From positions 1,447,675 to 1,511,674 of the forward strand of contig OZ244812.1 in NCBI GenBank assembly GCA_965220205.1: DNA of 64,000 nt. The letters are read 5' to 3'. The notes below the pieces were generated by a model, which worked only from the letters and a program-made list of their open reading frames with translations, was not told where the DNA came from and did not search any database. Shown piece by piece: positions 56,416-64,000 of this stretch (within the stretch, counting starts at the first letter, position 1; each line of letters starts with the position of its first letter). The translations under genes and the position numbers were made by a program. The stretch is from Dehalococcoidia bacterium. GTDB taxonomy: Bacteria; Chloroflexota; Dehalococcoidia; Lucifugimonadales; Australimonadaceae.

Positions 56416-56566
56416 ATTCCCGTGCCCCGAATCCCGTCATTCTCGTGCCCCGACACGGGAACCCATGCCCCCAGCCCCGCCCCTTCGCCGGCGATCACGA
56501 AAGAGGGATGCTCGAAATGGCCAACAACCTCTGTGGGAGCACCACCCAAATCGCCAGGCGTTGTAG

Positions 56567-57481
56567 ATGATTGATGCGGCAGGCGTTCCTGTCGTTCGGG
56601 CCGAGGGGCTGTGGAAGCGGTTCGGCGACCGGACTGCCGTGGAGGATGTCTCGCTTTCCGCTGCGCCCGGCGAGGTGATCGGACTCGTCGGCCCCAACGG
56701 GGCCGGCAAGACGACGACTATCCGGATGCTGCTCGACATCATCCAGCCGGACGCCGGGGAGGTGTCGGTGTTCGGCGCAGCGCTGACTGCGGCTGCGCAG
56801 GAGCGCATCGGCTACTTGCCCGAGGAGCGCGGGCTCTACCGCAGCCTGCGCGTCATCCCGAATCTGTTGTACCTGGCCGAGCTCAAGGGCGTGCCCCGCG
56901 AACGCGCGATGCAACGCGCCGACCAGCTGCTCGATCGTCTCGGGCTCGAGCCGCACCGCGGCAAGAAGGTCAGCGAGCTCAGCCGCGGGCTCGGCCAGCT
57001 CGTGCAGTTCGCCGCTACGCTCATCCACGAGCCGGGCTTCGTCGTGCTCGACGAGCCGTTCAGCGGACTCGACCCGGTGAACGTACGGCTCATGAAAGAC
57101 GTCGTCGCGGACCTGCGCGCGCAGGGCGCCGCAATTATGTTCTCCACGCATCAGATGACGGACGTCGAGGAGCTCTGCGACCGCGTCGTCATGATCGACG
57201 ACGGCCGCGTTATGCTCGACGGGCTACTCAGCGAGATCAAGCGGCAGTTCGCCGGCAGCGAGATCTTCATCGCAAGCGACCACGCGCCCGATGCGATCGA
57301 CGGCGTGCTCAGGTCGCGGCGGGACGGCACGGGCTACGTGTTGCGGCTCGCCGACGGCTACGCCCCGGAGTCGGTGCTGCGAGCGCTGCTCGACCGCGGC
57401 GCGAAGATCGACAGGTTCGAGCTGGCGACGCCGAGTCTCGAGGAGATATTCCTGCGCGTGGTGGAGCGCCGCCATGCATAA
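56567..57481 (+). CDS. ABC-2-type transporter ATP-binding protein
   Basis: Walker A GPNGAGKTT, LSRGLGQLVQFA signature-like, VVLDEPFSGLD. Confidence 0.88.
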   Translation: MIDAAGVPVVRAEGLWKRFGDRTAVEDVSLSAAPGEVIGLVGPNGAGKTTTIRMLLDIIQPDAGEVSVFGAALTAAAQERIGYLPEERGLYRSLRVIPNLLYLAELKGVPRERAMQRADQLLDRLGLEPHRGKKVSELSRGLGQLVQFAATLIHEPGFVVLDEPFSGLDPVNVRLMKDVVADLRAQGAAIMFSTHQMTDVEELCDRVVMIDDGRVMLDGLLSEIKRQFAGSEIFIASDHAPDAIDGVLRSRRDGTGYVLRLADGYAPESVLRALLDRGAKIDRFELATPSLEEIFLRVVERRHA

Positions 57482-58718
57482 GACGTGGCTCGTGACGCGG
57501 CACGAGTTCGCGGTCACCGTGGGCCGCCTCAGCTTCCGCCTCTTCACCGTGGCCGTCCCGCTCATCGTCGCGCTCGCCCTCATAGGTTTCGCCGTCTTTC
57601 GGGCGGTCGCCGGAGACGACGACGAGCCCGGCTTTGAACCGGACGCGGCAGCCGAGGCCGGATACGTCGACCACACAGGCTTGTTCGCGGCGTTCCGCGA
57701 TCAGGGGTCCACGGTGTTCGTGCCGTACGAGGACCAGGCGACCGCAACCGAAGAGCTGCTGGCGGGCGGTCTCGACGCGCTCTACGTGTTCCCGGCGGAG
57801 TTTCCGGAGAACGGCGTCGTCGTCAGGGTCGAGGAGCAGCGGGCGGGCATCGCGGACCTGAACGGCGGCGGGGGCAACAGGGGTCTGCGGGAGTTCATCC
57901 TGAGCAACCTCTACGCAGGACTGGTGGGCCCCGAGGAGATGGCGCGCCTCCTGAACCCCTACAGAGTCACGGTGCTGGAAGTCGACGACTCCGGCGCGTT
58001 GGCGGCGGATGAGACGGACGAACGCCGGCTGCTCTTCTTCCTGGCCACGGGAGGGCTGCTCATCATATCCGTGTTCACGACCGCGGGGTACCTGATGCAG
58101 GGGCTGAGCGAAGAGAAGGAGAACCGCATCATGGAGGTGCTGCTCTCCTCGATCAAGCCGGAGCACCTGATGCTCGGCAAGCTGCTGGGACTTGGGGCGG
58201 CGGGGCTGTTGCAGATGGCCGTCTGGACGACTGCGATGCTGGGAGCGCTGTTCGCGCTCAGCGGCTTCATCGACGTGCCGCTCGACCGGCTCGCGCCGTC
58301 GCCTTTCGGGGTTGTCGTGGCGCTCGCGTACTTCCTACTGGGCTACGCCTTCTTCGGCACGCTTCAGGCGGCGTTCGGGGCGATCACTACGAACCAGCGG
58401 GAGGCGAACAACATGACCGTGTTCGTCGTGCTGCCGGCGTTCGCGCCGCTGTGGTTCCTCCAGGCAATCTTCTCGGACCCGGAGGGGACGCTCGCCAGGA
58501 CCATGAGCTTCGTGCCCTTCACGGCGCCCCTCACGAGTCTGGTGCGCCTGGGCCTCGACGCTATGAGCACGCTCGACCTGCTTCTCAGCCTCGGGGCGCT
58601 GTCGGTCAGCGTGTGGGTCGTCGCGCTCCTCACGACGCGCCTCTTCAAGGCCTACCTGCTCACGTTCGGTCAGCGGCCGCGCGTCGGCGACCTGCTCCGC
58701 ACGCTGCGGGGGCGGTGA
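57474..58718 (+). CDS. ABC-2-type transporter permease (NatB-like, large extracytoplasmic loop)
   Basis: ATG 57474 overlaps the ATPase stop; N-terminal TM, ~190-aa loop, then five TM segments. Confidence 0.8.
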   Translation: MHKTWLVTRHEFAVTVGRLSFRLFTVAVPLIVALALIGFAVFRAVAGDDDEPGFEPDAAAEAGYVDHTGLFAAFRDQGSTVFVPYEDQATATEELLAGGLDALYVFPAEFPENGVVVRVEEQRAGIADLNGGGGNRGLREFILSNLYAGLVGPEEMARLLNPYRVTVLEVDDSGALAADETDERRLLFFLATGGLLIISVFTTAGYLMQGLSEEKENRIMEVLLSSIKPEHLMLGKLLGLGAAGLLQMAVWTTAMLGALFALSGFIDVPLDRLAPSPFGVVVALAYFLLGYAFFGTLQAAFGAITTNQREANNMTVFVVLPAFAPLWFLQAIFSDPEGTLARTMSFVPFTAPLTSLVRLGLDAMSTLDLLLSLGALSVSVWVVALLTTRLFKAYLLTFGQRPRVGDLLRTLRGR

Positions 58719-58802
58719 CGGTGGGCACGCTCGTACGCCTCGGAACCAGCGGCTCAGGACGCTCTCGCGGGTTAGGCGCGCGCCAGCCGTTGCCCCAACG
58801 CC

Positions 58803-59261
58803 CTAGCGCGCAGCGGTCTCCTGGAACGTGAACCGCGACGCGCCCGCGCCTTGGCCCGAGGCTAGGAACTGTTTGCCTTCCTCCGGGGCCATCGTATCGA
58901 CGTATATCTCCAGCCGGTTGCCGTCGGGGTCGTCGAAGTAGACGCTCCTCGTCATGCCGTGGTCGGACAGGTTGGCAATCTCGACCCCGTGGTCGAGGAG
59001 ACGCTGGTGGAGCTCCTCGAGCTCGGCCATGCCGCCCTCGGCGGCCAACGCCACGTGCCCGAGGCCGGCGTTCCCGCGCGTCGGCTCGCCCCGGACGCTG
59101 AAGAGGCCGATGTCGTGGTGCTGTGTGCCGAACGACATGAACGCCGCGCCCTCGGAGCGATGCACCGTCTCCATCCCCAGCGCGTCCCGATAGAACGCCT
59201 CCGCCTTGTCGACGTCAGTAACCCGGAGCACTACGTGACCGACGCGTTGAATCCTCGCCAC
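58803..59261 (-). CDS. VOC family protein (glyoxalase / extradiol dioxygenase-like)
   Basis: GTG 59261 six nt after GAGGAGGT gives (M)ARIQRVGHVVLRVTDVDKAEAFYRDALGM...; HHDIGLF, GLGHVAL. Confidence 0.8.
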   Translation of the reverse strand: MARIQRVGHVVLRVTDVDKAEAFYRDALGMETVHRSEGAAFMSFGTQHHDIGLFSVRGEPTRGNAGLGHVALAAEGGMAELEELHQRLLDHGVEIANLSDHGMTRSVYFDDPDGNRLEIYVDTMAPEEGKQFLASGQGAGASRFTFQETAAR

Positions 59262-59333
59262 CTCGTCACCTCCTCGCGCGAGCGCGCTTCCAGTGTAGAC
59301 CACCTGTCTATCGTTGTGCTCGACGCGGGGGGC

Positions 59334-59927
59334 CTACCACGCCGCGCCCCATCGGTCCCGGTACGTCACTTCGGCGACGGGCTTGCGGCGGCTGCCGCCG
59401 AGGTGGTCAGGCGGTTGTGGGTAGCCGAGTGGGATCAGCGCCATGATCTCGAACCCCTCCGGCACGCCCAAGAGCTCGGCGACGTCGTCATAGCAGTGCT
59501 GCCAGATCGTCGTGAGCCGCGTCCCGATGCCGAGGGCCGCCGCCGCGAGCATCAGGTTCTGCACGGCCGGATAGATCGAGGCGCCCCGATAGACGTCACG
59601 CCCCACGATCCGCCACAATTCGACGCAGGGCAGGACGACGACGGGGACGTCCTCCATCGCGTCCGTGAACCGCGGCGGCTCGCCGTCGGGCGGAGGGGCC
59701 GACGCTCCTCCGCGCGACCGGCGCAGGCCCTCGAGGTACAGCTCGCCCAGCCTGCGCTTGACCTCGCGGTCCTCGACGACGACGAAGCGCCAGGGCTGGC
59801 GGTTGCTTCCGCTGGGCGCGCGCGTCGCGGCCTCGATAATCCGGTGGAGCGCCGCGCGGGGAATCGGATCGGACTTGAAGTGCGAGACGCCGCGCTGACT
59901 GCGGGCGACGTCGAAGAAGTCAGGCAT
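59334..59927 (-). CDS. nitroreductase family protein
   Basis: ATG 59927 after GAGGAGGAG; RSQRGVSHFKSDPIPRAALHRIIEAATRAPSGSNRQPWRFVVV. Confidence 0.85.
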   Translation of the reverse strand: MPDFFDVARSQRGVSHFKSDPIPRAALHRIIEAATRAPSGSNRQPWRFVVVEDREVKRRLGELYLEGLRRSRGGASAPPPDGEPPRFTDAMEDVPVVVLPCVELWRIVGRDVYRGASIYPAVQNLMLAAAALGIGTRLTTIWQHCYDDVAELLGVPEGFEIMALIPLGYPQPPDHLGGSRRKPVAEVTYRDRWGAAW

Positions 59928-59986
59928 GGGGGCTCCTCCTCGGTTGGTGGGAGGATTGTACGCGTGGGGGATTGCCCGGGGTCGCT

Positions 59987-61264
59987 CTATTCCACGAACA
60001 GCGACAGCTCTACGAGCGCCTCGGACAGCCATCCACTCGAGCTATCGCGCCAGACGACGACCGTGTACACGCCGGGCCTCTGCATGAGACGCCCAACATT
60101 GGCGGAGAAGCTGAAAGCGTCGGCAGTTTCGTTCCAGCTATCGGCGATGACCTCGTTGGAGTCGAGGTTGGAGTAGTAGCGCCCTGGGCCGGGCGGGCTA
60201 AGGATACGTGCGACAGGATCCCTGCAACTGGTCGTAAACCCTCCTCCAATGCAGTAGCTGCGGAGCGCGTCGATCTGCGAGGGCGTCTTGGGCGTGGGCG
60301 GAGGATCATAGGCGATGCTCGCCAGCCCTCCAATGGCGATTCCCGCTTCCCGTTTGGTGAGCGACAACGATAGCACGCCGTTTGCATTGAGGACCGGCGG
60401 CCCGTCCGCCTCAACTGCCCCGCCCTCGAAGTGCTGCACGAACGTCGTCCTCCTGCCGTTCGAGGCGACGCCGATGTTCACGGCTCGATGGCTCTCGCCC
60501 AGGATGTTGTCGCGATGACCCCAGTCCGCGTGGGCGTCGTCGTACATCATCGACTGCTGGTGGTCTGTTATCGACTCAGCAAGGTCCGGAACGATGCATC
60601 GCACGAGCCGCGAGCCGCAGCTCTGAGCGTTCCACTCACGGTCCGTCCAACCACTGGTGGCCGCGTTCTCACCGGCATAGCTCGTGCCGCCAGTTTGGCT
60701 GTACACCATGTACGGCTTCCGCCCGTCCGCCCACCAGTGGCCGAAGTAGTCGTGCGCGAGCATATCCTCGGCGTGCAGTTGCGCTGCGGGGTTCGTGCCG
60801 AGGACGACAGGCGGCAGGCCATGACCGGCCCTATCACGGTTGACGAGCCGGAGGGCAAGGCACCGCAGGGAGTCCAGTTCATCGTTTGATATCCCTGAGC
60901 GCGGCGTGGGCGTTGGGGTCGGACGCGGCGTGGCAGGGAGCCTAGACGTCGTGGTCGGACGCGGCGTGGGAGTGGGCAGGGGCCTCGCGGTCGGGCGTGT
61001 CGTGGGAGTGGGGGTGAACGACGCGGTCAGGCGAGGCGTAGGGGTGGGCCTAGGCCTCGCGGTCGGGCGGGGCGTAGTAGTGGGCCTAACTGAAGCCGCA
61101 ACGTCGCCTGCAACCGTTGGCCTGTCGTCTCGCCCCGTGGCGTATCGAACCTCTTGCTGGAAGTCTGCGACTTGCTGCCGGGCGCCGTCCGAAAGCAGCG
61201 GCGTCGCGGCCATCCCCGCGACCGCGCCGAGGACGAATAGGGCGAGGAGGACGAGATATCTCAC
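59987..61264 (-). CDS. membrane-anchored CAP/SCP (YkwD-like) domain protein with Pro/Thr-rich repeat linker and unknown C-terminal domain
   Basis: Start uncertain (GTG 61264, 14 nt after the upstream stop); TM RYLVLLALFVLGAVAGMAA. PT repeats at 60899-61087; CAP-like LVNRDRAGHGLPPV...HAEDMLAHDYFGHWWADGRKPY. Confidence 0.7.
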   Translation of the reverse strand: MRYLVLLALFVLGAVAGMAATPLLSDGARQQVADFQQEVRYATGRDDRPTVAGDVAASVRPTTTPRPTARPRPTPTPRLTASFTPTPTTRPTARPLPTPTPRPTTTSRLPATPRPTPTPTPRSGISNDELDSLRCLALRLVNRDRAGHGLPPVVLGTNPAAQLHAEDMLAHDYFGHWWADGRKPYMVYSQTGGTSYAGENAATSGWTDREWNAQSCGSRLVRCIVPDLAESITDHQQSMMYDDAHADWGHRDNILGESHRAVNIGVASNGRRTTFVQHFEGGAVEADGPPVLNANGVLSLSLTKREAGIAIGGLASIAYDPPPTPKTPSQIDALRSYCIGGGFTTSCRDPVARILSPPGPGRYYSNLDSNEVIADSWNETADAFSFSANVGRLMQRPGVYTVVVWRDSSSGWLSEALVELSLFVE

Positions 61265-61277
61265 GAGCGTCTTCGCA

Positions 61278-62189
61278 TCAGCCCAAGGTATCGTTGACCC
61301 AGTGCTGAAGCTCGACCACCCGATCGGCGGCGGCATCGGGCAACAGGGGGAAGACGAACATCTGGCCAAATAGCACGCCCGCCGCGACGGCGAGGATGGC
61401 CGACCGCAGGGAGGGCATCCTTCGCGGGCGTCGGCGGGCACCTGGGAATCGCCGCGGCGCGCGTGGCCGCTGTCGCTGCTGGGATTTCGCCTGGGCCTGC
61501 TCCCTAAGCCAGGCTAATTCGCGGTCCGCTGCGCGGGCCTGTTCCGCCTCCGCCTCTCGCTGTTTCACGCGGGCTTGCTCTGCTTCCGCGTCTTGCCGCT
61601 TCGCGCGAGCCTGCTCCGCCTCTGCCTCTTGCTGTTTCGCGCGAGCCTGTGCCGCCTCCCCCTCTAGCCACTCCTCACGGACGCGCACCAGGGCGTCCCA
61701 GTCGATGGGCGTCGTGGGCGGCTTGGGCGGAGCCGGCTCGGAGGGAGGAGGCGGCTGGGGCGGCGCGGCAAAGGGAGACCGGCGCGGGGCGCGGGGCCGG
61801 AGGTCGGGGTCGTACCCCGACCCTTGGCAATGAGGGCAACGCGCCCATCTGCCTCCGGGAGTTTCAGGGTCGACGCCCTGGGACTGGACCTGTCCCTCGC
61901 CGTCGCAGAGACGGCAAACGGCACCGTCCACGATGCGGACTCCGTGGCCGAGGCGGCGGTGCTCCAATAGGTGCTCGCCGCAGAGCGTGAGGCCTCCCTC
62001 AAGCGGCCGGAAGAGTGCCTCGGCAGGGGGTTCGCACGCCTGGCAGAAGCCCACGGCCTTCCGGCGGCACGTCTGCAACGCGCAGTGGACTTGGTCGGGG
62101 TGATGCTCGTGCAGCGGCCAGACCGATGCCGTGAAACTCTCGCCGCACTGCCTGCACGTGATCAGGTTGCTGCCGGGCCGGTTTGCCAT
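61278..62189 (-). CDS. Cys-rich zinc-ribbon / DnaJ-type CxxCxGxG protein with Pro-rich, coiled-coil repeat and C-terminal TM anchor
   Basis: CRQC, CQAC, CRLCDGEG, CPHCQGSG; (E)QARAKxQEAEAE x3.6; TM AILAVAAGVLFGQMFVFPLL. Confidence 0.65.
   Translation of the reverse strand: MANRPGSNLITCRQCGESFTASVWPLHEHHPDQVHCALQTCRRKAVGFCQACEPPAEALFRPLEGGLTLCGEHLLEHRRLGHGVRIVDGAVCRLCDGEGQVQSQGVDPETPGGRWARCPHCQGSGYDPDLRPRAPRRSPFAAPPQPPPPSEPAPPKPPTTPIDWDALVRVREEWLEGEAAQARAKQQEAEAEQARAKRQDAEAEQARVKQREAEAEQARAADRELAWLREQAQAKSQQRQRPRAPRRFPGARRRPRRMPSLRSAILAVAAGVLFGQMFVFPLLPDAAADRVVELQHWVNDTLG
61533..61664 (-). repeat. 36-bp in-frame tandem repeat (~3.6 copies) inside the zinc-ribbon gene
   Basis: Units 61533-61568, 61569-61604, 61605-61640 and a partial fourth, encoding AEAEQARAKxQE. 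Confidence 0.8.
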
Positions 62190-62335
62190 GGCGTCCCTTC
62201 GACCCACCCGAGGGCTTTGGCGCCTTCGGGTGGGCGCGCAGGGACGACGATATCACGCGTGCGCGCCTGGGGCGGGAGCGGCTCGTGCGCTCTCCTGGCG
62301 CCTCTCCCCTGGCGTCGTGGTCAGCGCTCCCGGCG

Positions 62336-62794
62336 CTAGGTCCTCACGACGAACGTCTTGGCAGCCTTATCGTGCAAGCCCTGGCGCTTGTCGTCGATCA
62401 GTATCACGAAGACGACGATGAGGCCGACGAGCAGGCCAATGCCACCGCCGGTCTCCTGACCGAGGAAGATGGCCAGAATGGCGCCGCTCGACCTGACGAT
62501 GATCTCGCGGATGAGGATGGCGCCAACGCCAGCTTTGTTGCCGTCAGCGCCAACTACTCTCATGCCGAGGGCCATCTTGCCGAGGGTCGCGCCAAAAGCG
62601 GTGGTAAGCACAACGAAGTAGCTCAAGGGGACGGCCGCCTGGATGATGAAATCAACAGTGGATACGGCGGCGTCCTCCTCGAGGCTGAACGTGTCAATGA
62701 CCCCGATCGCGTTGAGGACCGTGATGATGATGGCCACGATGATGATGTCGATGACCCATGCGAAGAACCTGGGTATTCTGCGCGCGTACTCCAT
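62336..62794 (-). CDS. RDD family membrane protein
   Basis: 152 aa; RRIPRFFAWVIDIII..., ...QGLHDKAAKTFVV typical RDD ends. Confidence 0.8.
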   Translation of the reverse strand: MEYARRIPRFFAWVIDIIIVAIIITVLNAIGVIDTFSLEEDAAVSTVDFIIQAAVPLSYFVVLTTAFGATLGKMALGMRVVGADGNKAGVGAILIREIIVRSSGAILAIFLGQETGGGIGLLVGLIVVFVILIDDKRQGLHDKAAKTFVVRT

Positions 62795-63018
62795 GTGCGG
62801 CTCCTACACGGCCAGGATTGGGGCGATGCTAGCACAGGCCCTCTCGGCGGCGCCCCGTGCGTGGCGTGCGGGAAAACGTGAAAACGCCTCGCGGCGGCGG
62901 GGCGCTGCAAGGGAGCTCAGCGGGGCGACGACACGGCACGGCGATTCCGCTCGCTGGGCTGGCAGCGTCGGGAAGCCGGTGAATCAGCAGGGTATTGGTT
63001 CCCACGTGGGGGGAGAAT

Positions 63019-63093
63019 TGGTAGCGGGGCCAGGACTCGAACCTGGGACCTTCGGGTTATGAGCCCGACGAGCTGCCACTGCTCCACCCCGCA
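63019..63093 (-). tRNA. initiator tRNA-fMet (anticodon CAU), CCA encoded
   Basis: Reverse complement TGCGGGGTGGAGCAGTGGCAGCTCGTCGGGCTCATAACCCGAAGGTCCCAGGTTCGAGTCCTGGCCCCGCTACCA. It has three G:C pairs closing the anticodon stem and a 1:72 mismatch (U.U), both initiator hallmarks. Confidence 0.85.
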
Positions 63094-63166
63094 ACGAGAA
63101 GAGGGCGGGGGCCTTTGCAGGCTAACAAGGGAAATCGAGCGAGTTGGCGCAGGGAAGGAAAGAGTA

Positions 63167-64000
<834 letters not shown>

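Noticed and set aside
61533-61664. CRISPR-like regular repeats
   Set aside because: The repeats are contiguous 36-bp units with no spacers, lie in frame inside a long ORF, and encode a coiled-coil peptide repeat. No cas genes are present in the window.
62795-63166. 5S rRNA expected downstream of 23S
   Set aside because: No 5S-like conserved strings appear on either strand; the 73-nt gap before tRNA-fMet is too short. This is reported as a finding instead.

Overview
High-G+C (mid-60s % by eye, not computed), densely coding bacterial chromosomal segment. I support about 60 CDS, 3 tRNAs (Lys-UUU, Asp-GUC, initiator Met-CAU), the 3' ~830 nt of a 23S rRNA (minus strand, runs off the window) and one intact IS481-type insertion sequence. 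Lineage cannot be fixed without a search; the gene content and the 'PEPVEG/SLSKG'-type intergenic repeats suggest Chloroflexota or a similar high-G+C group (inference only). Most content is housekeeping or metabolism. This includes sulfite/nitrite reductase (partial), class II aldolase, yajQ, three Rieske oxygenase loci, a heterodimeric ABC exporter, acyl-CoA dehydrogenase, lepB, a CDF transporter and glyQS. It also includes sbcD, two Gfo/Idh/MocA oxidoreductases, phoP/phoR-like two-component genes with pstCAB-phoU, dnaE, folC, fabF, pyrF, sfsA, proVWX and an ABC-2 exporter. I did not recognise a multi-gene novel defence system. The strongest signals are two independent in-frame TGA codons at redox-active positions, each followed by a SECIS-like hairpin at the right distance. 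One replaces the catalytic Cys of a rhodanese (14325-14327). The other gives a U-x-x-stop C-terminus on a glutaredoxin-like protein (45128-45130). Together they suggest selenocysteine decoding. Other items worth a second look: a 1053-aa MmeI-like single-chain restriction/modification enzyme; a multi-module structured intergenic repeat present twice, one copy split by the IS with a 5-bp target duplication; and a low-G+C islet with a PD-(D/E)xK-motif protein next to dnaE. Further items are an orphan sbcD, a Rieske dioxygenase operon with two unknown small ORFs, an RDD / zinc-ribbon coiled-coil / CAP-domain envelope module with tandem coding repeats, and a 23S followed directly by tRNA-fMet with no 5S. 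All function calls rest on motif recognition in the translations; no database search was possible. Many long ORFs in the track are antisense or out-of-frame shadows typical of high-G+C DNA and were not called.
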